Shown here in pieces: positions 23,157-36,043 of a stretch of DNA of 64,000 nucleotides. Origin of the DNA: Veleropilina oligotropha. Lineage: Eukaryota. Positions within the stretch are counted from its first letter, which is position 1, and each line of letters begins with the position of its first letter. The notes beneath the pieces are model-generated. The model did not search any database, had not been told where the DNA came from, and saw nothing but the letters and a program-made list of their open reading frames with translations. The position numbers were made by a program, and so were the translations under genes. Location: NCBI GenBank assembly GCA_048128005.1, contig JBEUKZ010000038.1, positions 186,001 through 250,000 of the forward strand, read 5' to 3'.

Positions 23157-24554
23157 GAGTATTATAATTGCGTTTGTGCAAACCTCACCCAGTCACGTGT
23201 GCGGAATCCTTCATTTTCACTTACAGGCACGATTCAGTTATTAAACTGTTTACAATGACGCGAAGAGGAACTGTGATGTTATGAATATTGCAGTTTTAAT
23301 TATTGTGTATATATGTGTTCACTTCCAACGATTCAGTGATTCATTGAACTGTTTACGACTACCTCACAATGTTTTATAATTATATGCATACACATTAGCT
23401 ACATATGACTTTGAAATGCGTCATTGGGCGGCGCTTACAGCATTCAAAAGTGTTCGATATTAGGTTGATTATCACTATATCACCTTTAAAGTGGGTGGGG
23501 TGTGTAAGTGGTTTTTATTCAAATAATTAAAGAGCGCCACGCCTACAAACACCCTCAAAATTATCCATTGGTTCAATCAAGTACGAAATAGTCAATAACA
23601 GCAATTGTATACGTGTTATGACCCCTGCCAGCAACATTTAAAGTGTGTGGGGTGGGGGTGTGTGTAAGTAGTTTTTATTCAGGTACAGTGCGCCAAGTCT
23701 ACAAACACCCTCAAAATTATCCATGATCTCCACTGCGTACGAAATAGCCAATGACAGCACTTTTATACGTGGTATGACCCATGCCAGCAACCTTTAAAGT
23801 GGGGGATGAATGTGTGTAAGCGACTTTCATTCATGGAAAAAGCGCCAAGGCTACATTATGTGTCGAAAGTTTCTCAAGTATATGCCTTGATAATGGTGTG
23901 ACAAATGGTAGCAAAAATTGCGATGGCTTGATCCTTGTCACCAATCACCCAAGTAGTATTTATTCAAGAAAATAATAATAAAGTTGAATGTCAGTGTTAA
24001 GCGAATACCAACTTACAAGAGTATCCCGATTATGATCCGAATAGCTGAATGCCAGCAATATTTGAAATATCTCCCCCAAACTGATCCTTTAAATACAACA
24101 TAAAACCAATACTTACACTATAAGCAAATTGGTATTTTGAGAGATAATGTATTATTACTGGTATCTAATTATTAAATCTCACTTGAACAGTGTCAATCTG
24201 TATCGACAATTGGACGTTCAAATTTACCAAAAATGGGTATTATACCTTCTTTCGCTATGTTTTGGATGGTGATTATGGCAATACACCAGCATATTGGCCT
24301 ATCTATGTGTACCTCATTAACAGGATGCATCATGAGTTACAGATAATTGTACGCACAAATAATATATTCCTATATTATTTTTTTTCGATTCGACGAACGC
24401 AAAAATAATATAGCCGTTGTGCATTTGATTTGACGTTGGAACAAAATATCAGCATTTAGTTACACTTGTATTGCGTTCTGTTACACTGACAGCGCGGTAT
24501 GGCGCCGTCAGAATTCCGAGATTTAGCTGCCTTGCAGTTAAGAGAATGCCGTTA

Positions 24555-25128
24555 AGCCCTAGTTACATATAACATGTATGAATTACGGATGCCCCAGGAC
24601 GGTCCGGAGCGGTTCTGGAAGCTGATCGAATATTTTGCGAGGAACGTGATGCCAGTGCGGTTCTACTACGGTGAGACTGCGGATAGACAGTGTATGACTA
24701 CGGTTCGTGGTAGACCATAATACGACCGTGATATATGTATCAAAACGGCGCTCACGGTGTCACTACGGATGATCGAGGTTCGTCCGGGACGGCCCCGGTG
24801 ATGCAATGGTGTTGTCACCCTCTTCCAGAAACACTGCCGGTACCAACCCGGATCGCCATTTAAGTATTACGATGGTACTACGGACCCACTACGGCCACCC
24901 CGTTGATATTACAGATTGACTACGGTTCCAATGGCCTCCAAGGATCATTCCGGATGGCCGTGGATGTTTTGGACAGTTCAAAACCTCCGGGGCGACCTAC
25001 GGACCATCCCGGATCGCCACGGTTCGTCAAGATATCACTACGGTCTGGCTACGGACTAACCAAGGTTCTTCACGGATCACCACGAACCGAGCTCCGGGAT
25101 CATCCATAGCCCTGGTGTGACTGCGGAT
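24555..25128. mobile_element. Decayed Harbinger-like non-autonomous element
   Basis: Imperfect TIR AGCCCTAGTTACA / TGTGACTGCGGAT, GC-rich interior with many TACGG/CACGG motifs, TTA/TAA-like flanks. Confidence 0.45.
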
Positions 25129-25815
25129 TATCAACTCCCGGCTGCAGAAATTGAGAATTCGCAGAGATAACACAGACATCGGCGCCTTGACTGTGTGCCT
25201 GAAAAACACAACCCTTTCAAAATGATATATCATCAGGGAAGAACGGAACGAAGAAATATCTCTTATCAACATTGGAACGCGGAAAAACGATTCGACACAA
25301 CATTTTTTTATTTGTAACGGAATGTGATACTGACAAGCAATATGACATTAAAGCTGGCTTCAGAGAATGTTAAAACTAAAAAAAACCGGTCGTACGAACA
25401 CTATATACAACAGAGGAGTCAGATGTTTTGGGACGAATCCTAGCTAGTTCCACCAAAGCAACCGATGCACTTAACTTACGTCTTATCTTGAGTTTCGCCA
25501 TTACCCCTGTTCCGCTTTCTCCGGAACATAGCGATGGTACACCCCTGAAAACGGACAAGGCAGTCCTTACGACGAAAATACTGGAAAATCCACAAAATTT
25601 CAGGTTTGGCGATAGCAGTCCTCCAACAATCAGTGGAGTTTTTATTGATGTAGGAATCTTCCTCCATGAAATTATGATGCAACATAACAGGTCTACATAT
25701 GGCACGTGATCTTCAAAGAAAGGTGTGCGCCAGTCATGGAGATCAAGTCCACCTAGTCCCAGATAAGTATTTTAAAGAATGTGAGTGAAATCTGCGTAAA
25801 TCAGATGGTTGTAAA

Positions 25816-26250
25816 TTTTCTTTATCACATGAAAAAGCTGTTATTGAACGGTAGAAGCCATTCCATTAATTTCATTACGAAAAGACACGTTTCATAAGTA
25901 TGCAAATGAGGGCGAGCATGACCCATGTCGTTTCATCTGGCGCCAAGTTGATTAGGTGGTACGTGCTGTTGAGGCGTGATGCGTCTGAGGCAGGCCGTTA
26001 AATGACTGAAATTAATGACAGAAATGAGTTTATAAACGTAAAGAAATTAGTTTAAAAACGTAATAAAATAAGTGTAAAGGTAAATAAAGTCATGTGATAA
26101 AGAAGATATCAAACTTGTTTCCATTTAATATGAGAATTATGAAACTCGTCAGTAAATTTATGTACCTCGCCATGGCTCGGTACATAAATTGTGCCTGACT
26201 CGTTTCATAATTCTCATATGAAATGGACACTCGTTCGATATCCTCTCTAT
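25816..26250 (+). mobile_element. Short IR plus long terminal hairpin element (Crypton-like, tentative)
   Basis: TTCTTTATCACATGA (~25818) is inverted to TCATGTGATAAAGAA (26090-26104), followed by a palindrome at 26105-26242. Confidence 0.55.
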
Positions 26251-28011
26251 AGATAATACTGGCCCAGAACAAGCACAGCGACAGAAAGGAACGCTTTAAA
26301 ATCAAAGGATTCAGGGAAGAAATTGCTCGATATCTTATGGACGAATGACAGAAATCTCAGTGTGGAGAATTTTTTATTAGATTTGTCGTTGACAACGAAT
26401 AACTCGTGGACTATGGTTCTGGCGACCACAACGATACCGCAATGTATCCAAAATATGTGTCATTCTTAATGAAAAACATCATGGGATCACCGAGGCACTG
26501 TTGGGGTGTCATGCACTAACAGATTGTCATGTTTCTTCGAAACCTTTTAAACGGTTAAAAGAGGCTGATGCTGACACCCATTCAACCGCATTGCATCTGA
26601 TGATGTTGACTTTCTGAGTGTAACTTCATTTGCCTGTTCTATATACGGTTCCATAACGTTAGATATCACTGATGCCAGTACCGATGAAGACGTATAAGTG
26701 CATTGCATCAAAACAAAACTTTAAGTTTTAGCATGAACGAGGAATTATTCTTTAATTTGTAATAAGCCGGTAATATTAAAACTTATATTTACGGATAATT
26801 CCCCTTGTATTGTTATTATTGGTTAATTAAATTATTTATTTTAAGGAGGTGATATTCAGATATTATCCTAAATTGATGTGATATCATTTGCTATTTTATA
26901 CTTGCGAAATATCACATGAATAATTTGACACGGAAATTATCAATGCCGATATGGAATTATAAACACTCCTACTACGTGAGGTTGCTGATACAAGGTAAGA
27001 CATCTACAATTTTGCTGCCAATTGCTCGTACACCACTTAACTCCCCCCCCCCCCCCCCATCTATGGTGATTGCTGACAAGGATCAAGCCATCGCAAACGT
27101 TGCTGTCATTTGTGACACCATAATCAGGGAATTCTTGAAAAACATTTGACACATAATGTAGCCTTTGCGCTTTTTCCTTGAATAAAAACCATTTGCATAC
27201 ATCTCCTCCCCCCCCCCCCCCCCGACTTTAAATGTTGCTGGCAGGGGTCATACCACGTATACAATTGGTGTCAGAGGCTATTTCGTACTTGGTGGAACCC
27301 GTGTGTAATTTTAGGGTGTTTGTAGACTTGGCGCACTTTACTTGAATAAAAACCACTTATACACATCCCCACCACTCCCCCCTTTAAAATTTGCTGGCAG
27401 GGGTCATACCACGTATAAAATTGCTGTCATTGACTATTGCGTATTTAGTGGAACTCATGTATTATTTTGGGGGTGTTTGTAGACTTGGCGCACTTTACTT
27501 ACATAAAAACCACTTACATACATCCCACCCCACCCCTTTAAAAGTTGCTGACAGGGGTCATACCACGTATAAAATTGCTGTCATTGGCTATTGCGTACTT
27601 AGTGGCACCCATGGATAATTTTGAGGGGGTGTTTAGTTTAGTTTAAACAATATTTATTGGCATAAGTAATAATTTAATTTAACGGTCTTATATAGCGTAA
27701 ATATAATATGTATATAATTGCATGAGAGGATCCAGCAACAAGAAGGGTAACTTATTTATAGCTGTTTCCTCTATGGTATTACTAACTATATACTATGTCA
27801 CAATATCTGGCATGTACATTAGTAAGTATGATATGTATATACATCGTTTATATATAAGTTTGAAAACATTTTAATACAGAAATTTCAGATAGAAACAGAT
27901 GGAAATTAAGATGTAAATTATATATAGTTACTTATGTAGTGATTTTCAATTAAAATATTTGTTGAGTTAACCACAGGATTGTTAACATTGTTTATTTTGC
28001 GAAACGTTTAC

Positions 28012-31000
28012 TCAAGGTAATAAAGTTTGCACCGTTCTGAATATATCTAAGTTGTCGATATTTGGGAGCAAGGGGTTGCCGTACAATAGGACTTGTATAT
28101 CAATTGGATTGGGTAGTTTGTCTATCGTACATTGTCTGATGTTGGCATATCTGTTACATTCTAGTAGATAATGTTTAGTTGTTTCAACCTCTCCGCAGAC
28201 ACACCAATCGGTTTCAGAAACATGATTATGAAACAGATCATTTTTTAGATCACTGCATCCCAAGCGTAAACGTGTATGGTATATCTGTGCTGTTCTATTT
28301 CCAAAATAATAATACTGGGGAGGTGTAACAATGTTCCTGTTAAGATATGATTTCATGTGACATATCGATGGATTTAATCTAATGTTTCCGGGATAATATT
28401 CTACTCTCTAACAGTCTTTGGGATAAATGAATTCTGATATAAATTGGTTCTGAAGAATGGAATCCGCAAGTTTGTGTTATTCTCAGATTATTTCTGTTCA
28501 TATTTTGATTACTTGGTGGAATTAGTATACGAGAATAAGATTGAGTATAGTTATGAAACATTTTGAAGAAAAGCATTAATCGATGTTTATATCGCCTCTC
28601 GGCCAAAGTCTCCCATTTGGTTTCCTCCCTAAGTTTCTCAGCAGAGCATGATTCAGTTGCCCCGGTCACGATTCTGTTTGCTTCCCTTTGTATTTTTTCC
28701 AATTCTTCGCTCTCGTGACCGGTACAATTATCCCATACTACGTCAGCATATTCAAGTAAAGGCCTAATAAACGAAAAATACATTGTTTGTAGTGATTGTT
28801 TATCTAATTTAAATTTTAGGCATCTTAGTAGAGAAATTCTCTTCCTAGCTTTTGACTTTATTTCGTCAATGTGCATGTGCCAGGAAAGATTTGATTGAAA
28901 AGTTAGCCCTAAGTGCTTATGTGAATTTACCTGTTTTACTTGAATATTGTTCATGAAAATATTTGGATGATTTGGTGGAATGGATTTTCTAGTAAGGATC
29001 ATTTCTTCAGTTTTATTTGGATTAAATGTTGCGAGCCACTGTTTGGACCATGCATGCAGTTTATTTAAATCGTTGTTCAAAACATCGGACGCCGCAACTG
29101 GATCTTCGACAACTATGTACAAAGAAGTGTCGTCAGCGAAAAGTTTTATATTTGCTTGGATGTCTTTTATGATATCGTTAATGTATATTAAAAATAGCAT
29201 AGGCCCAAATATGGAGCCCTTGGGGACACCAGCCCTAATGTCAAGACAGTCTGACTGTGAGCCATCGATAACAACTTTTTGTGATCTATTTTTCAAGTAA
29301 CCCTGGAACCAGGCAAGCAGGTTGCCAGATATTCCCGATTGTCGTAGTTTAAATAATAAACCCCTATGCCACACTCGGTCGAAAGCTTTGCTGATGTCGC
29401 AAAAGACCACTCTTATTTCTTTTCCATCGTCCATAGCTTTGGCGAAAGTATTATATATGTCCATAAGTTGTGTTACAGCAGAGTCATTGGGGGTAAAGCC
29501 GGATTGGTTAGGAGTAATGATGTTATGGGTCGATATGAAGTTATGCACATGCTTCAAAAAACATTTCTCAAATACCTTATTTACGGAACTCAATAATGAG
29601 ATTGGTCTGTAATTTGTTACGTCAGTTTTATCACTTTTCTTGTGTATAGGTGTAACATTTGCTGTTTTCCAGCTTTGGAGAAATACTGATTGGCTTAGAG
29701 AGTTATTAAATATATGTGATAGATATTGTGATAAAATAGGTGCACCTTCTTTTAATAATTTTTGATTGATTAGGTCTGGTCCACATGATTTGCTGGTGTC
29801 CAAATTAGTCAGGACACTGCAGACTTCATCAGCGCTGATGATAATGGACTCTAGTTTATGGAGAGTAGGGGAAAGAGGGGGTAGATCAGTTGCACTATCA
29901 TCCACAAAGGCCTGCTCACAGAAGTAATAATTGAATAAGTTTGCTTTTTCAATGCTTGTACTGTAATGATTGTGATTTTGTATTAGCGGTGGGTATTCGG
30001 TATTTTTGTTATTATTTAAGAGCTGCTTTGCTATTTTCCACCACAATTTCGAACTGATGTTTTCACTGCGAAGAGACTGTCCTCGATGACCCAACGTTAA
30101 GTGGGACGGTAGGATGTAGGTTAAATCCCGCGCCGGCCTGGCTTATTCTAAGGCTTAAAACTAATAGATGGCATATCCCTAATGTATGTCGGTCAGATCG
30201 GAGTGAGACCTTAAACCGGGTGTCCCGACCGCGATAAGGCTGAAAAATTGTCAAAAATGTGGTCGTTAAACAAATCTACCTACCATGTCTTCACTGCCAA
30301 GAGTATTTGCTAATTTATTGAAATCAGTTAATTTTGCATTATGTATGAGACTTGTTACTTCATTCAGTTTTTTTCCCAAATTTATTCCAATCAAAAAGGT
30401 TATTTGTACGTTTGACAATCTTGTGCAGTCTTTTCATTTGTCGTATACATTGTCGTATTTTATTATGCATCCATGGGGGATCGCGGGGACGTATTGTTAC
30501 AATTTTATTAGGTATTGAATTGTCTGCTGCTCTTAGTAAGTTATCTGAAAAAGTTCTCACTTGATCGTCAACGCTCCCAATTACAATTTCCTAAATATTG
30601 CCGAAATGTATCATAATTTGCATTGCATTATTGTAATTCCAAATTTTGCGCTTGTAACATTGTTGCTTGATTTTAAAGTAACTGGTTGTAAAATATATTA
30701 AACAGTGATCACCGATGGATGTGTCTCGGACTCCTTTGTCAATACAGTTTATAGTGTTACTAATAATAATAAGGTCTAGCAATGTCGATGATTTTTCAGT
30801 TATTCGAGTTGGACTCTCAATTAATTGATCAAGATTATAAGAGTTAATAATAGTAGCGATATTTCTACTACGTGCGGGAGTCAGCAGGTTTTCATTGAAA
30901 TCACCCATGATGATAATATTTGGACTAAACTGCAGAGCTTGTTCGATTGATAATTCTACTAGATCCCAGCTATCAAATCTAGGATGGATATAAAACGTGC

Positions 31001-31440
31001 CTAATAGGATTTGTTTTTGGCCGTGCCTAACATCGGCCCATATTGCCTCTACGTTTGGAATTAAGAGGTTCTTGTTTTCTGTAAATGCGATAGTAATTTT
31101 GAAATACATGGCAACACCACCTCCATTTCTGCTTCTGTCGAGCCGAATTGGATTTTGAAAGTTTGGAAGCTTTATTTCATCATCACTAATAGTGTCATCT
31201 AGCCAGGTTTCGCTAATAGTGATAATATCAAAATTGTATAATTATACTGCCACACGATCTAATTTGTTTAAAAGGTTCTGAGCGTTTATATGGCAAATAG
31301 ATAGCTTTTTATCTGCTGGTATTTCAGGTCATGGATTTGTTTCAATATCGCCCGATTTTAGAATTAGTAATATGGAACAAAGTAAACACGCTCTTAATCC
31401 TGTGGTTAATAAGATAGGGAATATGTAAATATTTTGTTTT
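28012..31440 (-). pseudogene. CR1 ORF2 (2A-like peptide, APE endonuclease, reverse transcriptase, C-terminal Cys/His motif), disrupted
   Basis: ICHINAQNL, ISETWL, MGDFN, TLLDL, GDH; NYRPISLL, DISKAFDRVWH, GVPKGS, LFADD; CVCG..HYLLEC. Contains stops, frameshifts and a SINE insertion. Confidence 0.93.
30070..30284 (+). mobile_element. SINE family B inserted in CR1 ORF2
   Basis: 13-bp TSD ATGT(T/C)TTCACTGC (30057-30069, 30285-30297); Deu/Nin-like GAGACCTTAAACCGGG; (CTAC)n tail. Confidence 0.85.
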
Positions 31441-32290
31441 ATTTTGTTTTGTAGATTTAAACTTGAAGTGAAATGAAAATGCAATACGATATGCGTTAAT
31501 ATCATTTCCCATGTTGAATTATGTGGGATGTGTGTTTATATGTGGTTGATATACGATAGTTCAGACATTTCATAGTTAGGGTTAATTTCTATCGCGAGAT
31601 TTCAACCTGAAAAATAATTTGGTTGATTGTCAAATATTTGTCTGATTTTGTGCTTGTCATTGAGTAAATTTGATGAGGTCGCTCGGCGATGATTGGGTAA
31701 AGCACAACGCCGATACATTTCAACATGAGAGCATCATTACGTTTAACAATGTAGCCACGACAACGCAATTGCTGAAACAATAGGCATCCTAACAAACCAG
31801 GCACACACTGGAAAGACGGAATCTTCCAACTTAAGTAATGGACTCAATTATCTGAAATGGATATTACAAGCGAGTTATTTCAAGTGATAAATATACATCG
31901 TTACATTGATTTATCGTGCATATGAAATAAATTAAGCTACTAGTAATATGCAAATATAATTCGATCTGGAATTATATAAGATAATGAAATGTTGATAAAT
32001 TCAGTCAGACATAGATAATTACATTAAATAAGTATATTTAAAGAAAAGGTCACTGAGGCATTTAGTTTCATGACATAAAGAAATAATTTTTTTTTTTTAA
32101 ATTCAACTAATCCAGGATGAGGTGCTACGGGAATCTGTATACTGATCATGATCGAGAGAATTGCATTCAAGGTCCGAAATGATCTTGATGAGGTCGTTTG
32201 AAGATGATTGCGTACAGCACTACACCGATACATTTCACCATGAGTGCCTCATTACGTTTCACAATGTAGCCGAGACAACACAGTTAAAAA

Positions 32291-33156
32291 AATAGACAGC
32301 CGCCCGGCTATCAGGAACCTCAGCCTTATATAGCAATCAGACTGCCATATAAAATCTGTGATCTTCACCTTGCCGGTAGCCCTTGGCTAAACACTGACTG
32401 TGCTAACTGTCCATCATGAAAAAGGTTGGCCTCTGTGACCTTGGCATTTGATCAAAGGTCATTTTCTCTCTGTTACATGATTTACTAACCCTACAGAAAG
32501 AGTTTGGCAAAAATGAAAAAAAAATGTCTACGAATTATGAAAATATGTAAATATGGAAATTTGTGAAGGTCAAAGGCCAAATGACAAACATTTTAGTGCC
32601 ATGCACAGCTTTGGGTTATAGGCAAGATATCTAAAAAAAATTCAGGGTCAAAGGTTATTGTGGCAAGGTAAAAAATCATTCCCGTGAAATATTACCCACC
32701 ATGATCTAGAGTATGATAAGGGTAGTCCATATGTCATAATATGTCTCCATATAGCTATCATAATGGGCAGGCTATAGTCTCACAAAGTCTGAAAATTGTG
32801 CGTATATTTTGTGACCTTGACCTTTGACCAAAGGCCATTTTTCGTATTTGTTATATGATGTACTAACCCTAAAGAAATAGTTTGGCACCAAAGAATTAAC
32901 AAATGACGAAAAATTAAAAAATTCTAAATATAGAAAATTTGTGAAGGTCACTACGCAGAGGTCAAAGGCCAAATGAGCAAAATTTTACAGCCATGCACAG
33001 CGTATGATAAGGGTAGTTAGCATACCATATGAAATCGAGGTAACATGTTTGGTAGCCGAGATTTAGGCCGGACAACATGAACCGCCCGCCCATCCGCCCG
33101 CCCGCCCGCCTCGGGCGATGACAATAACCCCAGCTTTTTTTAAGCTGGGGTTAAAA
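32291..33156 (-). mobile_element. HINE-like element inserted in CR1 spacer
   Basis: (CCGC)n microsatellite, CCCAGCTTTTTTTAAGCTGGG hairpin, duplicated core; interrupts a duplicated spacer unit at an A-run. Confidence 0.75.
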
Positions 33157-33422
33157 ACAATAGGCACGCATGCTAACAAACCTACCTAGCACACACCGGT
33201 AGGGTGGTAACTTTCAACCCAAACAGTGAAAACAATTATATGAAATGGATATTACAATCGAGTTATTTATATTGATAAATATGTGTCATTACATAAAATA
33301 AAATAATAGAAATATAGCATTATAATTCAACCTGGAATTATTAAGATAGTGAAATACTGATAATTACAATAAGGGATAGTTAAGAGCAATAAATGAATAC
33401 ATTTGAGAAAATAAATAAATAA

Positions 33423-33866
33423 AACAAGAACGACGCGTTCGGAATATGTCTTGACCTTTCTTTATTTCCCTCAAATTTTCATAACAGTAAATACAATGGC
33501 TAAGTGCAAGTACTTCATGGCTTAATTTAGTACCCCGTCGATTGTGACGTCACCAAATGACGATTAATCTAAAACGACGTCGTAATGACGTCATTGCTAT
33601 TTGCTTGCAATATTAGACATCCGTTATATACAAATATGCATAAAAGTGCTCAATAAATGCATATTTTTGCAATATTGTGTCGCGAAAGTTATATACACGA
33701 CCTACAAATACTCTTGGGAATGTGTGTACCAATTTTGGTGAAAATTGAGCGGGTAGTTTTCAAATAAATCGACGGATATATATATATATATAAGTATATA
33801 TGTATATACACACGGACCATTTGATAATGTCTTGTCCTTTTTTGCAAAGAGGTCAAGACATAAAAA
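33423..33866 (-). mobile_element. HINE-like element inserted in CR1 spacer
   Basis: Sub-terminal IR TATGTCTTGACC / GGTCAAGACATA, (TA)n; same family as 1781-3907. Confidence 0.75.
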
Positions 33867-33987
33867 TAAATCGCTGACACAATTAGTAGCGTGGTATGAA
33901 GAGAAAGAAAATTGTTACGATTTAAAATTGATCGAGATTGGAAGTTTACGGGAGGTTTTATTCTGATCAAGATCAAGAGAGTTTCAT

Positions 33988-34734
33988 TCAAGATCCGAAA
34001 TGGACTCGAGCTGTACTGGAGTACGTTGTCAATACGATGAGACAAGCGGGGTAGTAGTCGCGTGCACGTTTCGTCAAATGAGCACGTTTAGGCGTCAGGT
34101 CTTCATTTATGTACGTATTTCGTCGACTCGGTACCGATTTTAATGATCTGGCTTTATAAATTCGTTCTTTGACCCTATTGTTCGTAAACTTGACCAACAG
34201 AGGTCTTGGAAGATTTTTGTAGTGGGTAGGGGCGCCGGATCGGTGGCTTCGGTCAATGTCAGCTGCTGTTATGTTAAGATTTAAGTCGTTTTTAACTAGC
34301 TGGGTGACCAGATCATCTGTATTTTCGTTTGCAGATTCCGGTATGGCTGTCATGCGAAGAGAATTTCTTCGGGAGTATTGTTGAAGCGCATCCAGTTCAT
34401 TTTCGAGATTAACAACTTTTTTATTAAGATCTACTATCTCGCGTTCGTGGCTTTCAATTGTCTTTGTTAATTGTTCGGCGAAAAGACTTTGCATTTCTGC
34501 ACGGACTGTTGGATTGCCCAGTGCGTGAACTAAAAATAGAGTAAATTGACCTGCTGTTAGGGATGGTTCACCAACAAGAGTTGAAGTGTTTCTTACCAGA
34601 TTTTCGTCAATGGGCGCCATGTTTTCTCTCAATTCTGATGTCGATTTCTCTGAATCTTTCAGTTTTTTTGATTCCTGTGTAAGATCGCACACGGAAGCGT
34701 CCGATCGAGCACTGATATCACGTTTGGAAGCCAT
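33988..34734 (-). pseudogene. LINE ORF1 (coiled coil + RRM-like), C-terminus frameshifted
   Basis: LQQYSRRNSLRMTAIPE, IDRSHR, PRPLLVKF, YINEDLT. Confidence 0.88.
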
Positions 34735-35509
34735 CCTTCGTACAATTTGTAATATTTTCCAACGTATTATGTGCTAATTTGCAATAGAAATCACACAAAC
34801 CCAAGAGAAGAGAAAACACGTCATTCTTACTGCTGACATGCGCACTGAGGGTGTTTGTAGATTTGGCGCACTTTACTTAAATAAAAACCACTTACACACA
34901 TCCCCACCCCACCGACTTTAAATGTTGCTGGCAGAGGTCATACCATGGATAAAATTGCTATCATTGGCTATTTCGTACTTGGTTGAACTAATTAATAATT
35001 TTGAGGGTGTTGAAGCTGAGTATATCTAATCTACAGGTAAACCAATGCTACCGGCAAATTATAATTAATTAAATAGATCATTTGTTGAAATAATAACTAT
35101 AAAATCAATCACAATGATTTAAGTTTCAAAGTAAAGGTGCATATTTCGCCTGGAAATTATATGCAAACCGTATAAGCATTAATTTGGTACTCTGTATTTC
35201 TAAATTCGCTAATTTAGGCTATCTACACATTTCATAACGAAATATTCGCAGACAATGTTAGATGCTTAAATTAAATTTGATTGTGATTATCACAATACTA
35301 GTATATAAAAGTAAGAAGTGATAATATTAAAATTGACATATTTGCAGTGACAAATCCTTACATAACTGATTTTAGATTCACCTATAAATGGCCATTGTAT
35401 ATCAAGCGTCAAAATATACAACCTATTACAGTGAAATCAATTTCACTTGTAAACAAAGACTACACAAGCAAAACACGTCATATGATAGCGTCATGGCGTC
35501 ATCTTTTTA

Positions 35510-36043
35510 AACAAGCACAGAATGTGTGCAATAACCTGCGTCATAAGCAAAATTTCTACTGTGAAACATGTGTGATACATATAATACAGACCATGTTTCT
35601 GTATGATTTCATAGAATTCACAAATTGGTTTTCAAGAGTTACGCCCCTTTGACGCCCCTTTGACAGACTTAGTTAACTATAATAAAGTTGATTAATTATA
35701 ATTTAATAAAGTATGCAAAATCTTAAAATGTTTAACTGTTATACCTCTTTTACTACTGTGAAACATGTGTGATACATATAATACAGACCACGTTTCTGTA
35801 TGATTTAATATTTATTCATCAAAGAGGCTGTCATGGTAATTTGCTATTCTGTTAGGCAGCATCTCTCAATTCATACATCAAGTGGTCATGCACTTTTTTC
35901 AAATTGGCTTGTTGTCGAAGTCGCCTAAAAGGTGGAAGATCTGGTTGAAATCATTTCAAAATTGTCTTCCCCCCAAGAAGAACAACAACAACAACAACAA
36001 CAACTTACATGTACCATTCATTGACCCTGCTAGACGCAGGTAA
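35510..36043 (-). mobile_element. HINE-like element, near-identical to 14617-15138
   Basis: Colinear match over ~520 bp with few substitutions and an 11-bp duplication. Confidence 0.8.

Larger units (their letters stand above)
27635..34845 (-). mobile_element. Near full-length CR1-group LINE with nested SINE and HINE insertions
   Basis: 3' tail AATAAATATTGTTTAAAC(TAAAC)n; TSD-like GAGGG(GG)TGTTT on both sides; ORF1, APE and RT (LFADD) present. Confidence 0.9.
23480..35010. mobile_element. Large foldback-type element: inverted arms of ~150-bp tandem repeats; right arm split by the CR1 LINE
   Basis: Left arm ~23480-23950 (units GCGCCAAGTCTACAAACACCCTCAAAATTATCC) is the reverse complement of ~27060-27634 plus 34846-35010. 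Confidence 0.7.

Noticed and set aside
25212..25238. Hammerhead core CUGAUGA..GAAA on the minus strand
   Set aside because: No convincing stem II, and no stems I/III with a cleavage triplet.
14617..36043. LTR pair or segmental duplication bounded by 520-bp direct repeats
   Set aside because: The repeats have HINE structure, lack TG..CA ends and PBS/PPT, and enclose no gag/pol.
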